From a virus (taxonomy: Duplodnaviria > Heunggongvirae > Uroviricota > Caudoviricetes): 47,932 nucleotides of DNA. The notes under the pieces are model-generated. The model made no database searches. It worked only from the letters and a program-made list of their open reading frames with translations, and was not told the origin of the DNA. Below are positions 19,261-29,169 of the stretch, piece after piece. How positions within the stretch are numbered: the stretch's first letter is position 1; every line of letters starts with the position of its first letter. Both the position numbers and the translations under genes were made by a program. The stretch lies in IMG/VR virus record IMGVR_UViG_2737471844_000006; one strand, written 5' to 3'.

Positions 19261-19525
19261 CCTTCCCGGATTGCTGAATGTAGCGTTATGCACGGTTATC
19301 GTGCTGACGCTCTTTTTTTATCGTCGCCGTGATTCCAGACATAAACCGCTGATGTCATGGCTGGCGTGGCTGCTGATGCTGCTGTATGCCTTTGCGCCCC
19401 TCAGCTATCTGTGTGGTCGCCCGTTAGCAACGGGCTGGCTGGAAGTGTTTTTTAACCTGCTGTTCTGCGTGCTGGTGATACGCGCACGCGGGAACGTCAC
19501 AAAAATCTTTCCATTGTTGAGGTGA
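19250..19525 (+). CDS. Small membrane protein (holin/antiholin-like)
   Basis: 91 aa with two hydrophobic helices; GGAGGAGG SD; overlaps previous gene. Confidence 0.5.
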   Translation: MLSNLPGLLNVALCTVIVLTLFFYRRRDSRHKPLMSWLAWLLMLLYAFAPLSYLCGRPLATGWLEVFFNLLFCVLVIRARGNVTKIFPLLR

Positions 19526-19527
19526 AT

Positions 19528-19905
19528 ATGTCGGGTAAATTCAGATTCAGCCGTCGCAGTGAAAAAAATCTGGAGGGCGTTAAACCACAGCTGGTTGCTG
19601 TCGTTCGCCGTGCGCTGGAGCTGACGGAGGTTGATTTCGGTATTACGGAAGGGCTGCGCACGAAAGAACGCCAGAAACAGCTGGTCGCGGAAGGGAAAAG
19701 CCAGACCATGAACAGCCGCCACCTGACCGGTGATGCGGTGGATGTTGTTGCCTGGGTTGGCAGCCAGGTGTCATGGGACTGGCCTCTGTACGAGAAAATC
19801 GCGCAGGCATTTAAGAAGGCTGCCGCAGAGCTGGGAACTGCCATCGAATGGGGCGGGGACTGGAAAACACTGAAAGACGGGCCTCACTTTCAGTTGAAAC
19901 GCTGA
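19528..19905 (+). CDS. Endolysin, peptidase M15 (L-alanyl-D-glutamate peptidase-like)
   Basis: SRHLTGDAVD and DW..H zinc-ligand pattern typical of VanY/M15 phage endolysins. Confidence 0.75.
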   Translation: MSGKFRFSRRSEKNLEGVKPQLVAVVRRALELTEVDFGITEGLRTKERQKQLVAEGKSQTMNSRHLTGDAVDVVAWVGSQVSWDWPLYEKIAQAFKKAAAELGTAIEWGGDWKTLKDGPHFQLKR

Positions 19906-19919
19906 TAACCAGGTGTGTT

Positions 19920-20138
19920 ATGAGCAGAAAACACTGGACACACAGAATGCCGCGAACGGCGGCGAAATGGGCACTGGTAGCGATACTGGTGCCTTTTTTC
20001 CTGGTGGGATGCGTTAGCCTGGATAAGGCGCGCCAGCTTTTCGATACGGCTTCTCAGGTCTGCGAAATTGTTGACGGTGTTCGGCAGTGTCTGCAGAACT
20101 TATCGCCTGTAAGAGCAGAATATTTTGCTGAAAAATGA
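19920..20138 (+). CDS. Lysis-associated lipoprotein (o-spanin-like)
   Basis: 72 aa; signal peptide with lipobox FLVGC; directly after endolysin. Confidence 0.5.
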   Translation: MSRKHWTHRMPRTAAKWALVAILVPFFLVGCVSLDKARQLFDTASQVCEIVDGVRQCLQNLSPVRAEYFAEK

Positions 20139-20276
20139 AGGATGCGCCATCGTCTGGAAAGCACGAAATTCTGTGTTTGTGGCTACTCAATAAAATAAAT
20201 TCTTTCTTTCGCTGCGAATACTCAAATGTTGATCAGCGCCCGGTGCGGCGGCGGGCTTCGATATCAGGAGACGATG

Positions 20277-20573
20277 ATGGAAAAAACAAAAAACAAACCG
20301 ATTGTAATTGGTGCTGATGCTGCTCCGTTTAAGTTTGAGTTGTCTCAACTGGTGGAGATGCGCATCAGTGATGAATGGGGGGAGGTTAAAGCCCGCGCGC
20401 AGTATGCGGATGGCGAAAACCAGTACTTGATCCACTACAAAGCAGCTGATGGTCGCGCCACGACGGAGTGGTTTGGTGAGTCAATGCTGGAAGCAACAGA
20501 AGATGATTGTCATCCTGGTTGTCCGGTATTTGCCGGTATGAAATTACCGGAAGGCGCAGTTGTTACTGAGTAA
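20277..20573 (+). CDS. Hypothetical protein
   Basis: 98 aa from ATG 20277 with AGGAG upstream. Confidence 0.45.
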   Translation: MEKTKNKPIVIGADAAPFKFELSQLVEMRISDEWGEVKARAQYADGENQYLIHYKAADGRATTEWFGESMLEATEDDCHPGCPVFAGMKLPEGAVVTE

Positions 20574-20696
20574 CAGGCATTACAGCAGCCCTTCAGTGTG
20601 AGGGGCTGCGATAATGTCAAAGCTCGTTATCAGCACCCGCCGCGCACCCAGCGCACTGGCCGATAGCGGGCTTTTTTATTCATAAAGCGAGGCTGT

Positions 20697-21485
20697 ATGA
20701 GCGAGAAATTGAAGATCGTCTATCGCCCGTTGCAAAAACTGTCTCCGTATGCGCACAACGCCAGGACACACAGCCCTGAGCAGGTGGCACAACTGGTAGA
20801 AAGCATTAAGCAATTCGGCTGGACCAATCCGGTGCTGATTGACGAAAAGGGCGAAATTATTGCTGGTCACGGTCGCGTGATGGCGGCTGAGGTGCTCAAA
20901 ATGGATTCTGTTCCGGTCATTGTTCTGTCTGGCCTGACGGATGATCAGAAAAAGGCGTACCGCCTGGCAGATAATCGCCTGCCGCTCAACGCTGGCTGGG
21001 ATGAAGAACTGTTACGGGTGGAACTGTCGGAGCTAATCAATGCTGATTTTGATATCTCCCTGACAGGATTCAGCCCAACAGAAATTGATGAACTGTTGAT
21101 GGAAGTTTTGCCAGGTACCGGAAATGAGGAGGAGCAGTATACGACGAAAATTGATACGCCTGTTTATGAGCCGTCGGGCGATAAACCGGATATCAGTGAA
21201 CTGTACGACGATACGAAAACTCAGGAGCTGATCAGCCGGATACGTTCGGCGTCCCTTGAGCCTGATATCGAAAAATTCCTCCTGTGCGCGGCAGAACGCC
21301 ACACGGTGTTTAATTTCAGCAGAATTGCGGATTATTACGCTCACGCCCCCGCTGAAATTCAGCGCCTTTTTGAGGAGTCGGCGCTGGTGATCATTGATTA
21401 TCAGCAGGCTATTGAAAATGGATTTGTCCGGATGACGCAGCACATGGTGGAGATCATGCATGGCGGGGAGGAGGAATATGCGTGA
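20697..21485 (+). CDS. ParB-like nuclease domain protein
   Basis: N-terminal ParB/Srx-type motif (KLSPYAHNARTHS...GHGRVMAA). Confidence 0.75.
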   Translation: MSEKLKIVYRPLQKLSPYAHNARTHSPEQVAQLVESIKQFGWTNPVLIDEKGEIIAGHGRVMAAEVLKMDSVPVIVLSGLTDDQKKAYRLADNRLPLNAGWDEELLRVELSELINADFDISLTGFSPTEIDELLMEVLPGTGNEEEQYTTKIDTPVYEPSGDKPDISELYDDTKTQELISRIRSASLEPDIEKFLLCAAERHTVFNFSRIADYYAHAPAEIQRLFEESALVIIDYQQAIENGFVRMTQHMVEIMHGGEEEYA

Positions 21486-22410
21486 TGATTTTTGCGCCTT
21501 TATTCTGACTCACGGGCGACCGGACAAAGTTCTGACTTACCGGACGTTGCGTCGTGCTGGCTATACCGGGAAAATTTTTATCGTTGTTGATGATGAAGAT
21601 AAGACACGGCATCAGTACATAGTTGAATTTGGTGAACAGGTGCTGGTGTTTTCCAAAGCCGATATAGCCAGTCGTTTTGACGAAGCCGATAATTTCGGTG
21701 ATCGCCGCTCAATTTTTTACGCCCGTAATGCCTGTTTCGACCTGGCAAAACTGGTCGGGTGTAAATACTTCATTCAGCTCGATGATGATTATCACGAGTT
21801 CCAGTTTCGGGTGGATCGCAACTATGACCAGGCCTATTTCCCGATAAGAAAACTGGATGCGATCCTTTCTGAAATGCTGGCGTACTACGAATCAATACCT
21901 GCGCTTTCCATCGCTATGTCGCAGGGCGGGGATTTTCTTGGTGACAATGGCGGCCATGCTTCGTGGGTGAAACGCAAGGCAATGAACAGCTTTATCTGTT
22001 CGGTTGATCGACCGTTCTCATTCATGGGGCGCATTAACGAGGATGTGAATACGTACACGAATCTCGGTCGCTGTGGTGAATTGTTTATGACGATCGGTGC
22101 TGTCCAGTTAGGGCAGAAACAGACGCAGAAAAACAGCGGCGGAATGACCGAGCTGTATCTGGATTCCGGAACCTACGTTAAAAGTTTTTACTCCGTCATG
22201 TATGCGCCCTCGTGCGTAAAAATCTCACTGATGGGGGCCAGCCATAAACGCATTCACCATCAGGTCACTTGGAACAACGCTGCAGTAAAAATCCTTCACG
22301 AAAAATACAGGAAGAAGACACCCTGCATATCAATGGGGGTGACAAATGATTCCGTATTCGAAAGTCGAGTCTCTGGCAGCGTGCCGGATGACTGCACAAC
22401 AAATCGCTGA
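21478..22410 (+). CDS. Hypothetical protein with DxD motif (possible nucleotide-sugar transferase-like fold)
   Basis: 310 aa from ATG 21478 (GGAGGAGG SD, overlaps ParB-like stop); FIVVDDED and QLDDDY acidic motifs; function unknown. Confidence 0.45.
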   Translation: MRDDFCAFILTHGRPDKVLTYRTLRRAGYTGKIFIVVDDEDKTRHQYIVEFGEQVLVFSKADIASRFDEADNFGDRRSIFYARNACFDLAKLVGCKYFIQLDDDYHEFQFRVDRNYDQAYFPIRKLDAILSEMLAYYESIPALSIAMSQGGDFLGDNGGHASWVKRKAMNSFICSVDRPFSFMGRINEDVNTYTNLGRCGELFMTIGAVQLGQKQTQKNSGGMTELYLDSGTYVKSFYSVMYAPSCVKISLMGASHKRIHHQVTWNNAAVKILHEKYRKKTPCISMGVTNDSVFESRVSGSVPDDCTTNR

Positions 22411-22597
22411 CGTTCTGGATGTTGATCTGAACCGACTGAAAGAAAATCGGGAAGCAATGACAGATTTTTACGCATCCATCCGTAAGGGCAGAGCGAAAGG
22501 TGAAGCCGAACTACGGGCGGCATTGTTTAAGCTTGCCAGAAAAGGGGATGCCTTTGCCCTGCGTGAACTACTCAGGGTGGATAAAAATCAGGACTAA
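22388..22597 (+). CDS. Small HTH-like protein
   Basis: About 69 aa (MTAQQIADVLDVDL...); overlaps end of upstream gene; could start at 22346. Confidence 0.4.
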   Translation: MTAQQIADVLDVDLNRLKENREAMTDFYASIRKGRAKGEAELRAALFKLARKGDAFALRELLRVDKNQD

Positions 22598-22600
22598 CTA

Positions 22601-23692
22601 ATGAGCAGACCGGACTGGGGGGCGTTGCAGCAGGAATATATTGCTGAATACACCCGCTCCGGTGTATCTCCGGTGGCATGGTGTGAGGCAAGGGGACTGA
22701 ATTACGCAACAGCCCGTCGTTACATCAAAAAACCTCCGAAAAATGCGCAGACAGAAATGCGCAAAACTGCGCAACAAAGTGCGCAGAAAAAATCTGCGCA
22801 GACTGCGCAAAAGCGGAACGGAAAATCTCAGAAAAAAAAGCCAGTATCCGATGCGTGCCTGAATGAGGGCGACGCGGAGGAATTTTCGTTCTGCCCCGAT
22901 GAATTCGGCATTTCTGACCAGCAGGCTAAGTTTGCGATGCTTGTTGCTCAGGGGAAAAAGCCGACAGAGGCATACCGACTGGCTGGTTATGAGGGGCAAG
23001 GTGCGACAGCTAACAGCAACGCCAGCCGTATGCTTAGAAATGCCAGGGTTTATCGTGCTATCAGCTACTTCCGCAATCAGTATCAGAAACGCTATACCGC
23101 AGACCTGGATTTACTGGTGAGTCAGTTGATGGCTATTGTCCAGGCCGACCCCAATCAGTTGGCACAATTTCGCCGTGTTAACTGCCGTTATTGCTGGGGC
23201 GAGAATCATCTCTACCAGTGGCGTGATATTGCAGAATTCGATAAGGCAGCGGCACAGGCCTCCAGAGATGGCAAACCCGAGCCGGAATATGGAGGCCTCG
23301 GCTTTGTTGATAACGCCATACCCAATCCGGATTGTCCGAAGTGCTGCGGTGAGGGAACGGGACAGCTTTATATGGCTGATACCACTCTGCTTGATGGGGA
23401 TGCGCGACAATTATATGCAGGGGCAAAGCTCGGGAAATTTGGTGTTGAGATCCTGCTGGAGGATAAGGCTGCCGCCCGGCGCGAACTTATCAAGCTGATA
23501 ATGGCGACGAAAGGAAGTTCTGCTGGTGGTGCAACTGACAGTCGCAATGATCTGGAGCTTGAAGGACTGAGGCTTCGCAACGAAAAGCTGCGCACTGAGA
23601 TTGAAAACCTCAAAAAAGGCGTGGGTGGTGAGAATAACGAAATAATTATCCACAACTCTCTGCCGATGCCGGGAGTGGATAATGTCGATTGA
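22601..23692 (+). CDS. Terminase small subunit (putative) with Cys-rich C-terminal region
   Basis: N-terminal HTH (VAWCEARGLNYATARRYIKK) directly before terminase large subunit; CRYCWG...CPKCCGEG motif. Confidence 0.6.
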   Translation: MSRPDWGALQQEYIAEYTRSGVSPVAWCEARGLNYATARRYIKKPPKNAQTEMRKTAQQSAQKKSAQTAQKRNGKSQKKKPVSDACLNEGDAEEFSFCPDEFGISDQQAKFAMLVAQGKKPTEAYRLAGYEGQGATANSNASRMLRNARVYRAISYFRNQYQKRYTADLDLLVSQLMAIVQADPNQLAQFRRVNCRYCWGENHLYQWRDIAEFDKAAAQASRDGKPEPEYGGLGFVDNAIPNPDCPKCCGEGTGQLYMADTTLLDGDARQLYAGAKLGKFGVEILLEDKAAARRELIKLIMATKGSSAGGATDSRNDLELEGLRLRNEKLRTEIENLKKGVGGENNEIIIHNSLPMPGVDNVD

Positions 23693-25010
23693 AATCTACC
23701 TCCCAAAACCTCATGAGGGGCAAATAGCTGCATGGACGGCGGCAATAGAGGAACGCTTCCACGCGGTATGCTGTGGTCGTCGCTGGGGTAAAACGGTGAT
23801 GCTGGTAAACATCGCTACCAGTTTCGCTACGCGGAAATTTGCCGTTCCTACCACCGGGCAACTTATCGCGGGTAGGGTGGGGATTTTTACCGCACAATAC
23901 CGCCAGTACCAGGAAATCTGGGATGAAATTAGCGCCGTTCTGCAACCGCTGATCCTCAGCCAGTCAAAAAATGAAAAGCGCATTATTCTCCGTAATGGGG
24001 GGCGCATCGACTTTTGGGTAACGGACAATAACAAACTGGCCGGGCGTGGGCGTAAATATCACGCTGTGCTGATTGATGAGGCAGCATTCACTAAATCGCC
24101 GGAAATGCTCGAGGAAATCTGGCCCCGAGCTATACGCCCGACGCTTGTCGATTACCGCGGCTGTGCGTGGGTATTTTCCACACCAAACGGTATCGACGAG
24201 AGCAATTTTTTCTACGCGATATGCCACGATGAATCCCTGGGATTTGTCATGCACCATGCGCCAACTTCATCGAATCCGTATATTCCGAAAGAAGAACTGG
24301 AGGAAACGGAGAAGAAATCCGATCCGCGCGTCTGGCAGCAGGAATATCTTGCCGAGTTCGTGGACTGGTCCAAAGACGCGTTACTCGATGTCGATAAGCT
24401 GCTGGTGGACGGTCAGCCGATTGAGATGCCGCCGTACTGCGACATGATTTTCGCAGTGATGGATACGGCGCTGAAAGGCGGGACCGAAAATGATGGTACT
24501 GGCGTGTTGTATTTCGCTTATGAGTCAACGTATTCGGAAGAGCCAAAACTGACGATTATTGACTGGGATGTTACGCAAATTAAAGCGTCATTGCTTCCTG
24601 AATATATCCCCGGCGTTTATGACAACCTTGAGCGCCTCGCGAAATTATGCCGTCCGCGTCTGGGCAGCCAGGGAATTTTTATGGAAGACGCCGCGATGGG
24701 GGCAATCCTCAACCAGAAGGCGGAAACCGAAGGCTGGGATATGACGCCGATTAAATCGGCACTAACCAGCAAGGGCAAAGACGAACGGGCGGTGATGGCA
24801 TCCAGCTACCACTATCAGGGGATGTGCAAAATCGTCCGGGAGGCTTACGACAAGACCGTTTCATTCAAGCGTACCACCGCAAACCACCTCATAAAACAAA
24901 TCGCCGGATTCCACCTGGCGGATAAAGACGCGCATAAACGTGCTGATGACCTTTTCGATTGTTACACCTATGGATTGATCATCGCGCACGGTAATTACGC
25001 GGAGTTGTAA
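23682..25010 (+). CDS. Terminase large subunit
   Basis: 442 aa; Walker A-like CCGRRWGKT, Walker B-like AVLIDEAA; terminase-type layout. Confidence 0.9.
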   Translation: MSIEIYLPKPHEGQIAAWTAAIEERFHAVCCGRRWGKTVMLVNIATSFATRKFAVPTTGQLIAGRVGIFTAQYRQYQEIWDEISAVLQPLILSQSKNEKRIILRNGGRIDFWVTDNNKLAGRGRKYHAVLIDEAAFTKSPEMLEEIWPRAIRPTLVDYRGCAWVFSTPNGIDESNFFYAICHDESLGFVMHHAPTSSNPYIPKEELEETEKKSDPRVWQQEYLAEFVDWSKDALLDVDKLLVDGQPIEMPPYCDMIFAVMDTALKGGTENDGTGVLYFAYESTYSEEPKLTIIDWDVTQIKASLLPEYIPGVYDNLERLAKLCRPRLGSQGIFMEDAAMGAILNQKAETEGWDMTPIKSALTSKGKDERAVMASSYHYQGMCKIVREAYDKTVSFKRTTANHLIKQIAGFHLADKDAHKRADDLFDCYTYGLIIAHGNYAEL

Positions 25011-25027
25011 AAATCAGGATATTTTTG

Positions 25028-26464
25028 ATGGCAGAGATCGAGATTACTGGCGGCCTCGGTTCAGCACTGATGCATATTCTTGAGGCTGAAGAAATTCAGC
25101 CGGGAACCGACATTGGCTATGAATTGTGTAAGCAGCTGTGGCAATTCCATCCTCTGGGCGGAAAACTTGTCGAAAAACCCATACTTATGGCGATGTGTAA
25201 GCCGCGTCAGTACAACGTGGAGACAGACCCTGACGAGCGGGTTGTGCGGCGTTTCCAGGAGGTATGGGAACGTATGAAGGTTAACGAGAAGATTAAAAAT
25301 CTATTTTTTCTGTCTCGTTGCTACGGTGCCGCAGCGATCGGCGTGGGCACCGACAGTGTTCCATGTCGTGAGCCGCTTCCGACATTCGGACTGACAGAAG
25401 ATGATGTGTATATCAACGCGTGGGACCCGTTGAACGCTTCTGGTTCGATGGTGACTGACCAGAACCCAAACAGCCCGTTTTTCCAGGAAGCCAATAAAAA
25501 GCTGAAGATTGGCGGAAAAGACTGGCATCCGTCACGCACACTGAAAATTTTCAATGGCACACCGATTTATCTGGAGTTTCAGAGTTCATCGTTCGGCTTC
25601 ACCGGGCGAAGCGTGTTTCAGCGCGTTCTTTATTCCCTGAAATCCTATATCAATACGATGGAGGCGAATGATCTCGTCAGCCAGAAGGCAGGCGTGCTGG
25701 TGGCTAAAGTTGTGCAGTATGGTTCGAAACTTGACGGGATCATGGCTGCCGCCACGGGACGAAAAAGGGAAAATGTCAAAGAGGCAAAAAATAAAGGTGT
25801 GCTTAGTATCGGGAAGGATGAGGACGTTACCTCGCTGAATTTACAAAACATCGATGGCGCGCTAAATGCCGCCCGCGACAACATTATTTCCGATATTGCA
25901 TCAGGTAGCGATGTTCCCGCGATTCTCATCAAGGAGGAGGCTTTTTCGAATGGTTTCGGTGAAGGAACCGAGGACTCGAAAGCCATCAGCCAGTATATCG
26001 ATGGTGTACGCCAGCAGATTGAACCTGTGATGGATTATTTCGAACGCCTGGTGCAGTACATCGCCTGGAACGAGGAATTTTATCAGTCGCTGAAAAATGA
26101 TTACCCGGACATCATAACCGAGGACTATAAAACCACGTTTTACCAGTGGCGGCGCGAGTTTACCGCGACGTGGCAGGAGCTGGTGGAGGAGTCGCCGGAC
26201 AAACGCCGGGAAAGCGACAGTAAAGTGATTCAACAGGCGATAGCACTTTTCTCTGCCGTGTCGCTACAGGTTGATCCTGAAAACCGTGCCGCCGTCACTG
26301 AATGGCTGGCAAGCCTTGTTAATGCCACGCAGACCTATGGCGAAGCTCCACTCATCATTGATGTGGACGCCCTGGCGAATTATGAACCACCGAAGCAGGA
26401 GACGCCTGATGGCAATTTCCAGCCGGGCGGGGAGGAAGAAGAAACGGATCAGGACGCTGTATGA
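25028..26464 (+). CDS. Portal protein (putative)
   Basis: About 478-aa ORF directly after terminase large subunit; by position and size. Confidence 0.65.
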   Translation: MAEIEITGGLGSALMHILEAEEIQPGTDIGYELCKQLWQFHPLGGKLVEKPILMAMCKPRQYNVETDPDERVVRRFQEVWERMKVNEKIKNLFFLSRCYGAAAIGVGTDSVPCREPLPTFGLTEDDVYINAWDPLNASGSMVTDQNPNSPFFQEANKKLKIGGKDWHPSRTLKIFNGTPIYLEFQSSSFGFTGRSVFQRVLYSLKSYINTMEANDLVSQKAGVLVAKVVQYGSKLDGIMAAATGRKRENVKEAKNKGVLSIGKDEDVTSLNLQNIDGALNAARDNIISDIASGSDVPAILIKEEAFSNGFGEGTEDSKAISQYIDGVRQQIEPVMDYFERLVQYIAWNEEFYQSLKNDYPDIITEDYKTTFYQWRREFTATWQELVEESPDKRRESDSKVIQQAIALFSAVSLQVDPENRAAVTEWLASLVNATQTYGEAPLIIDVDALANYEPPKQETPDGNFQPGGEEEETDQDAV

Positions 26465-27242
26465 GGTTCTGACGGATGCCGTTAACTACTACGTAAATCA
26501 CGGGTGGGATAGCGAAAAATCATTGCTCGAATGGTGCCGGAAACTCCGTGTAGCCGCTCAGCGAGAAACCCCTGATGATACCGTAGCCAGAAAACATCTC
26601 ACCGCTATCTACAGCCGTCTTGTCATCGACGGCGGGGCATTACGGGATCAGCCTCCTGACGGCCCTAAAAAAATCACTGTTGAAAAACTGAAACCTGAGT
26701 TTCGCAAGGAACTCGACAGGCGAATTTTCGCCAGTGCCAACCTGATAAAACTCAACCGCGAACAGGCTATCGAGAAAACCATACAGCGTTTTCAGGGATG
26801 GGTTACGTCCATTCCGCCTGACGGGGTGAGCGAAATTGATCGCCGGGAAGTGAAGTCCGGTTTTCAGAAGTCCGTGAAGGATATGGATTTTATCAGTCGC
26901 CGGGTGGCAATTGACCAGGGACATAAGCTGGCGAGCAACGTTAAGTATCTGCTGGCTGTTCAGAGTGGTGCGATTGCTCTGCGCTGGCATTCTAACTGGC
27001 GGCGTCCGGGCTACAAATACCGACAGGACCACAAAGAGCGCGACGAGAAAATTTATCTCCTCCGCGATTCGTGGGCGCTGGAGCAGGGGCTTATTAAGCC
27101 CGTATATGGTTTTTATGACGAAATCACTGCTGCCGGGGAGGAGGTTTATTGCAGTTGCGATGCTCTGCCGATCTACGCCCCTCAGAAACTACCCGACGAA
27201 TTTTTAACGGAGAAGGGCAAACGTGAGTTTAACCGAGCTTGA
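26409..27242 (+). CDS. Head morphogenesis / minor head protein (putative)
   Basis: 277 aa from ATG 26409 (AGGAG SD), overlapping portal end; by position. Confidence 0.45.
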   Translation: MAISSRAGRKKKRIRTLYEVLTDAVNYYVNHGWDSEKSLLEWCRKLRVAAQRETPDDTVARKHLTAIYSRLVIDGGALRDQPPDGPKKITVEKLKPEFRKELDRRIFASANLIKLNREQAIEKTIQRFQGWVTSIPPDGVSEIDRREVKSGFQKSVKDMDFISRRVAIDQGHKLASNVKYLLAVQSGAIALRWHSNWRRPGYKYRQDHKERDEKIYLLRDSWALEQGLIKPVYGFYDEITAAGEEVYCSCDALPIYAPQKLPDEFLTEKGKREFNRA

Positions 27243-28545
27243 AGTGGCAGAACGCATCAGGGACGGAACCGTACCGTCTCCGGTGAAATTCTCCAACATG
27301 TGGTTGGTGAATTTGCGCATAACCGGAACCGGGCTTGCCTATCGCGCCGGGCTGAAAGAGCACGTCTGGCGTGATCCAAAGCTCTATCTGAACGAGGAGT
27401 TTTTAAGGCGATGCAATGGCCTTCCGGTTATCACAAACCATCCTGACGACGCAGTTCTGACGGAGGAGGATTTTAAATCGCGGATCGTCGGTAGCGTCAT
27501 GCTGCCGTATATCCGGGGTGATGAGGTATGGGCGGTGTGCCGCGTTTACCTCCAGAGCATTGTTGAAGAAATCACTGAGGGGGATGTTTCGACAAGTCCG
27601 TCGGTGGTGTTCAACAGCACATCAGGAAATGTGGAAGTACAGGAAGGTGACACCAATTTTTTAATCGAGGGCGTTCCTTTCCTGGTTGATCATATCGCCC
27701 TGGTGACGAAAGCCCACGGCTCGCTGGGTGTGTGGGATAAAGACCGGATCCCCGCAGGGGTTGAAGTGACAAACACAGGTGAAATCGAGATGGAAAAAGA
27801 AGAACTCCAGGCCCTGTTACAGGGGGTTGTGAGCGATGCCCTGCAAGGCATTAATCAGAAAATCGATGGTGTCGTTACGCGCATGGACTCACTGGAGCAG
27901 CGGGACAAAGCGCGGGCGGATGCCGAAGAACAGGCGAAAAAAGAGGCCGAAGAAAAGGCCAAAGCCGATGAAGCCGCAGAGGAACAACGTAAAGCTGATG
28001 AAGCTGCGGCAAAGGAGGCGGAAGAAAAAGCCAAAGCTGACGAGGCGGCAGCTAAAGACGCTGAGGAGAAAGCAAAGGCTGATTCCGAAGCGGAAGAACA
28101 GCGTAAGGCTGCCGAGGAGGCAGAAAAAGAACGCAATGACTCAGCCCTGGCAGAAGCACAGGCAAAAGCCGACTCCGCATTCAGTGCCTGCGGTAAAAAC
28201 GCGCCAGCACCGTTTTCTGGTGAAAATGCGCTGGACTACCGCAAGCGTGCGCTAATCGCTATGCAGAAACACTCTCCGGCACATAAGGACGTCAATATTC
28301 GCGCGATTGCGGATTCTGCAACGCTGGCTGTGCTTGAGGACGCAATTTTCAGTGCCGCCCGTCAGTCCATCGAAAAAGAAATGATGAGTACGCAGGGGCA
28401 ACTTCATAAACGTATCCGCAACGATGAAGCCGGACGTCGCATTACTGAATATCAGGGCGATCCGAACGTCTGGCTGAGTGCTTTCAAAATTCCGGGGCGT
28501 CGTCTGGCAAAAATTAACACTCAAGGGAGCCTGAACAATGGCTGA
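27223..28545 (+). CDS. Prohead protease / scaffolding protein (putative fusion)
   Basis: N-terminal globular region followed by long acidic coiled-coil with EEKAKADEAA repeats; precedes major capsid gene. Confidence 0.55.
   Translation: MSLTELEVAERIRDGTVPSPVKFSNMWLVNLRITGTGLAYRAGLKEHVWRDPKLYLNEEFLRRCNGLPVITNHPDDAVLTEEDFKSRIVGSVMLPYIRGDEVWAVCRVYLQSIVEEITEGDVSTSPSVVFNSTSGNVEVQEGDTNFLIEGVPFLVDHIALVTKAHGSLGVWDKDRIPAGVEVTNTGEIEMEKEELQALLQGVVSDALQGINQKIDGVVTRMDSLEQRDKARADAEEQAKKEAEEKAKADEAAEEQRKADEAAAKEAEEKAKADEAAAKDAEEKAKADSEAEEQRKAAEEAEKERNDSALAEAQAKADSAFSACGKNAPAPFSGENALDYRKRALIAMQKHSPAHKDVNIRAIADSATLAVLEDAIFSAARQSIEKEMMSTQGQLHKRIRNDEAGRRITEYQGDPNVWLSAFKIPGRRLAKINTQGSLNNG
27940..28130. repeat. 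Imperfect tandem repeats encoding EEKAKADEAA-type units
   Basis: Repeated gaagaaaaggccaaagc-like units within the scaffold gene. Confidence 0.5.
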
Positions 28546-29155
28546 TATTAACTTTCATCCGTTTAAAAACCGTGGAGCATTTGGTGGCCTTTTTAACGTC
28601 GAATCCCGTGGGCTGATGCAGGGGGATGCGCAGGATGATCCGGCAATTCGTCTGCAACTTTGCTCCGGTCGACTGGACAGCAAAATCACTGAACCGGTAT
28701 GGGGTGGCGTTGGAGTTATGGAGTGCATTGCTCCCGCGAAAGACAGCGTTAACGGCGCGGTAATTAAACAAGCCACGAAGGACGCCTGTAACGCCTTTAC
28801 TGTCTTTAATCAGGCATTTCATGGCATTACCACGCCGGATAATCCGGTGCCGTTATATCTCGCGGGTGGCTTTGTTCACTATTACCGCGTTGGCTCAGGT
28901 TCCCGCATTCCTCTCCCTGTCAGTGCAGAAGTTGTTGCGCTGGCTGATGGAAATAACACCGTTGCTGCCAGTGGTTTTGTGTGGGATCTGACGAAAAACA
29001 TGGTTGATGTTTATTCGGGATCACCCGGCGCTAATCCGAAAGTGGATATTAAGCTGCTGATGGTTTCAGTTGACGGAAACCTGACGGTGAAAAAAGAGGA
29101 TGGCGGTAACGTTGTCTGGGAAATCGGCAAACCGTGCGGCCTGTTTTTAATTTAA
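28538..29155 (+). CDS. Hypothetical head-module protein
   Basis: 205-aa ORF with AAGGGAG SD between scaffold and capsid genes. Confidence 0.45.
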   Translation: MADINFHPFKNRGAFGGLFNVESRGLMQGDAQDDPAIRLQLCSGRLDSKITEPVWGGVGVMECIAPAKDSVNGAVIKQATKDACNAFTVFNQAFHGITTPDNPVPLYLAGGFVHYYRVGSGSRIPLPVSAEVVALADGNNTVAASGFVWDLTKNMVDVYSGSPGANPKVDIKLLMVSVDGNLTVKKEDGGNVVWEIGKPCGLFLI

Positions 29156-29169
29156 GGGGATATTAATTA

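Noticed and set aside
20584-20690. Possible terminator before the ParB-like gene (GCAGCCC...GGGCTGC hairpin and a later GGGCTTTTTT)
   Set aside because: The first hairpin has a long loop and no T-run, and the T-run lacks a clean adjacent stem, so I did not annotate it.
27836-28255. 139-aa Lys/Arg-rich ORF and 93-aa Ala/Ser-rich antisense ORF
   Set aside because: Alternative-frame artefacts of the repetitive GAA/GCN-rich scaffold coiled-coil coding sequence.
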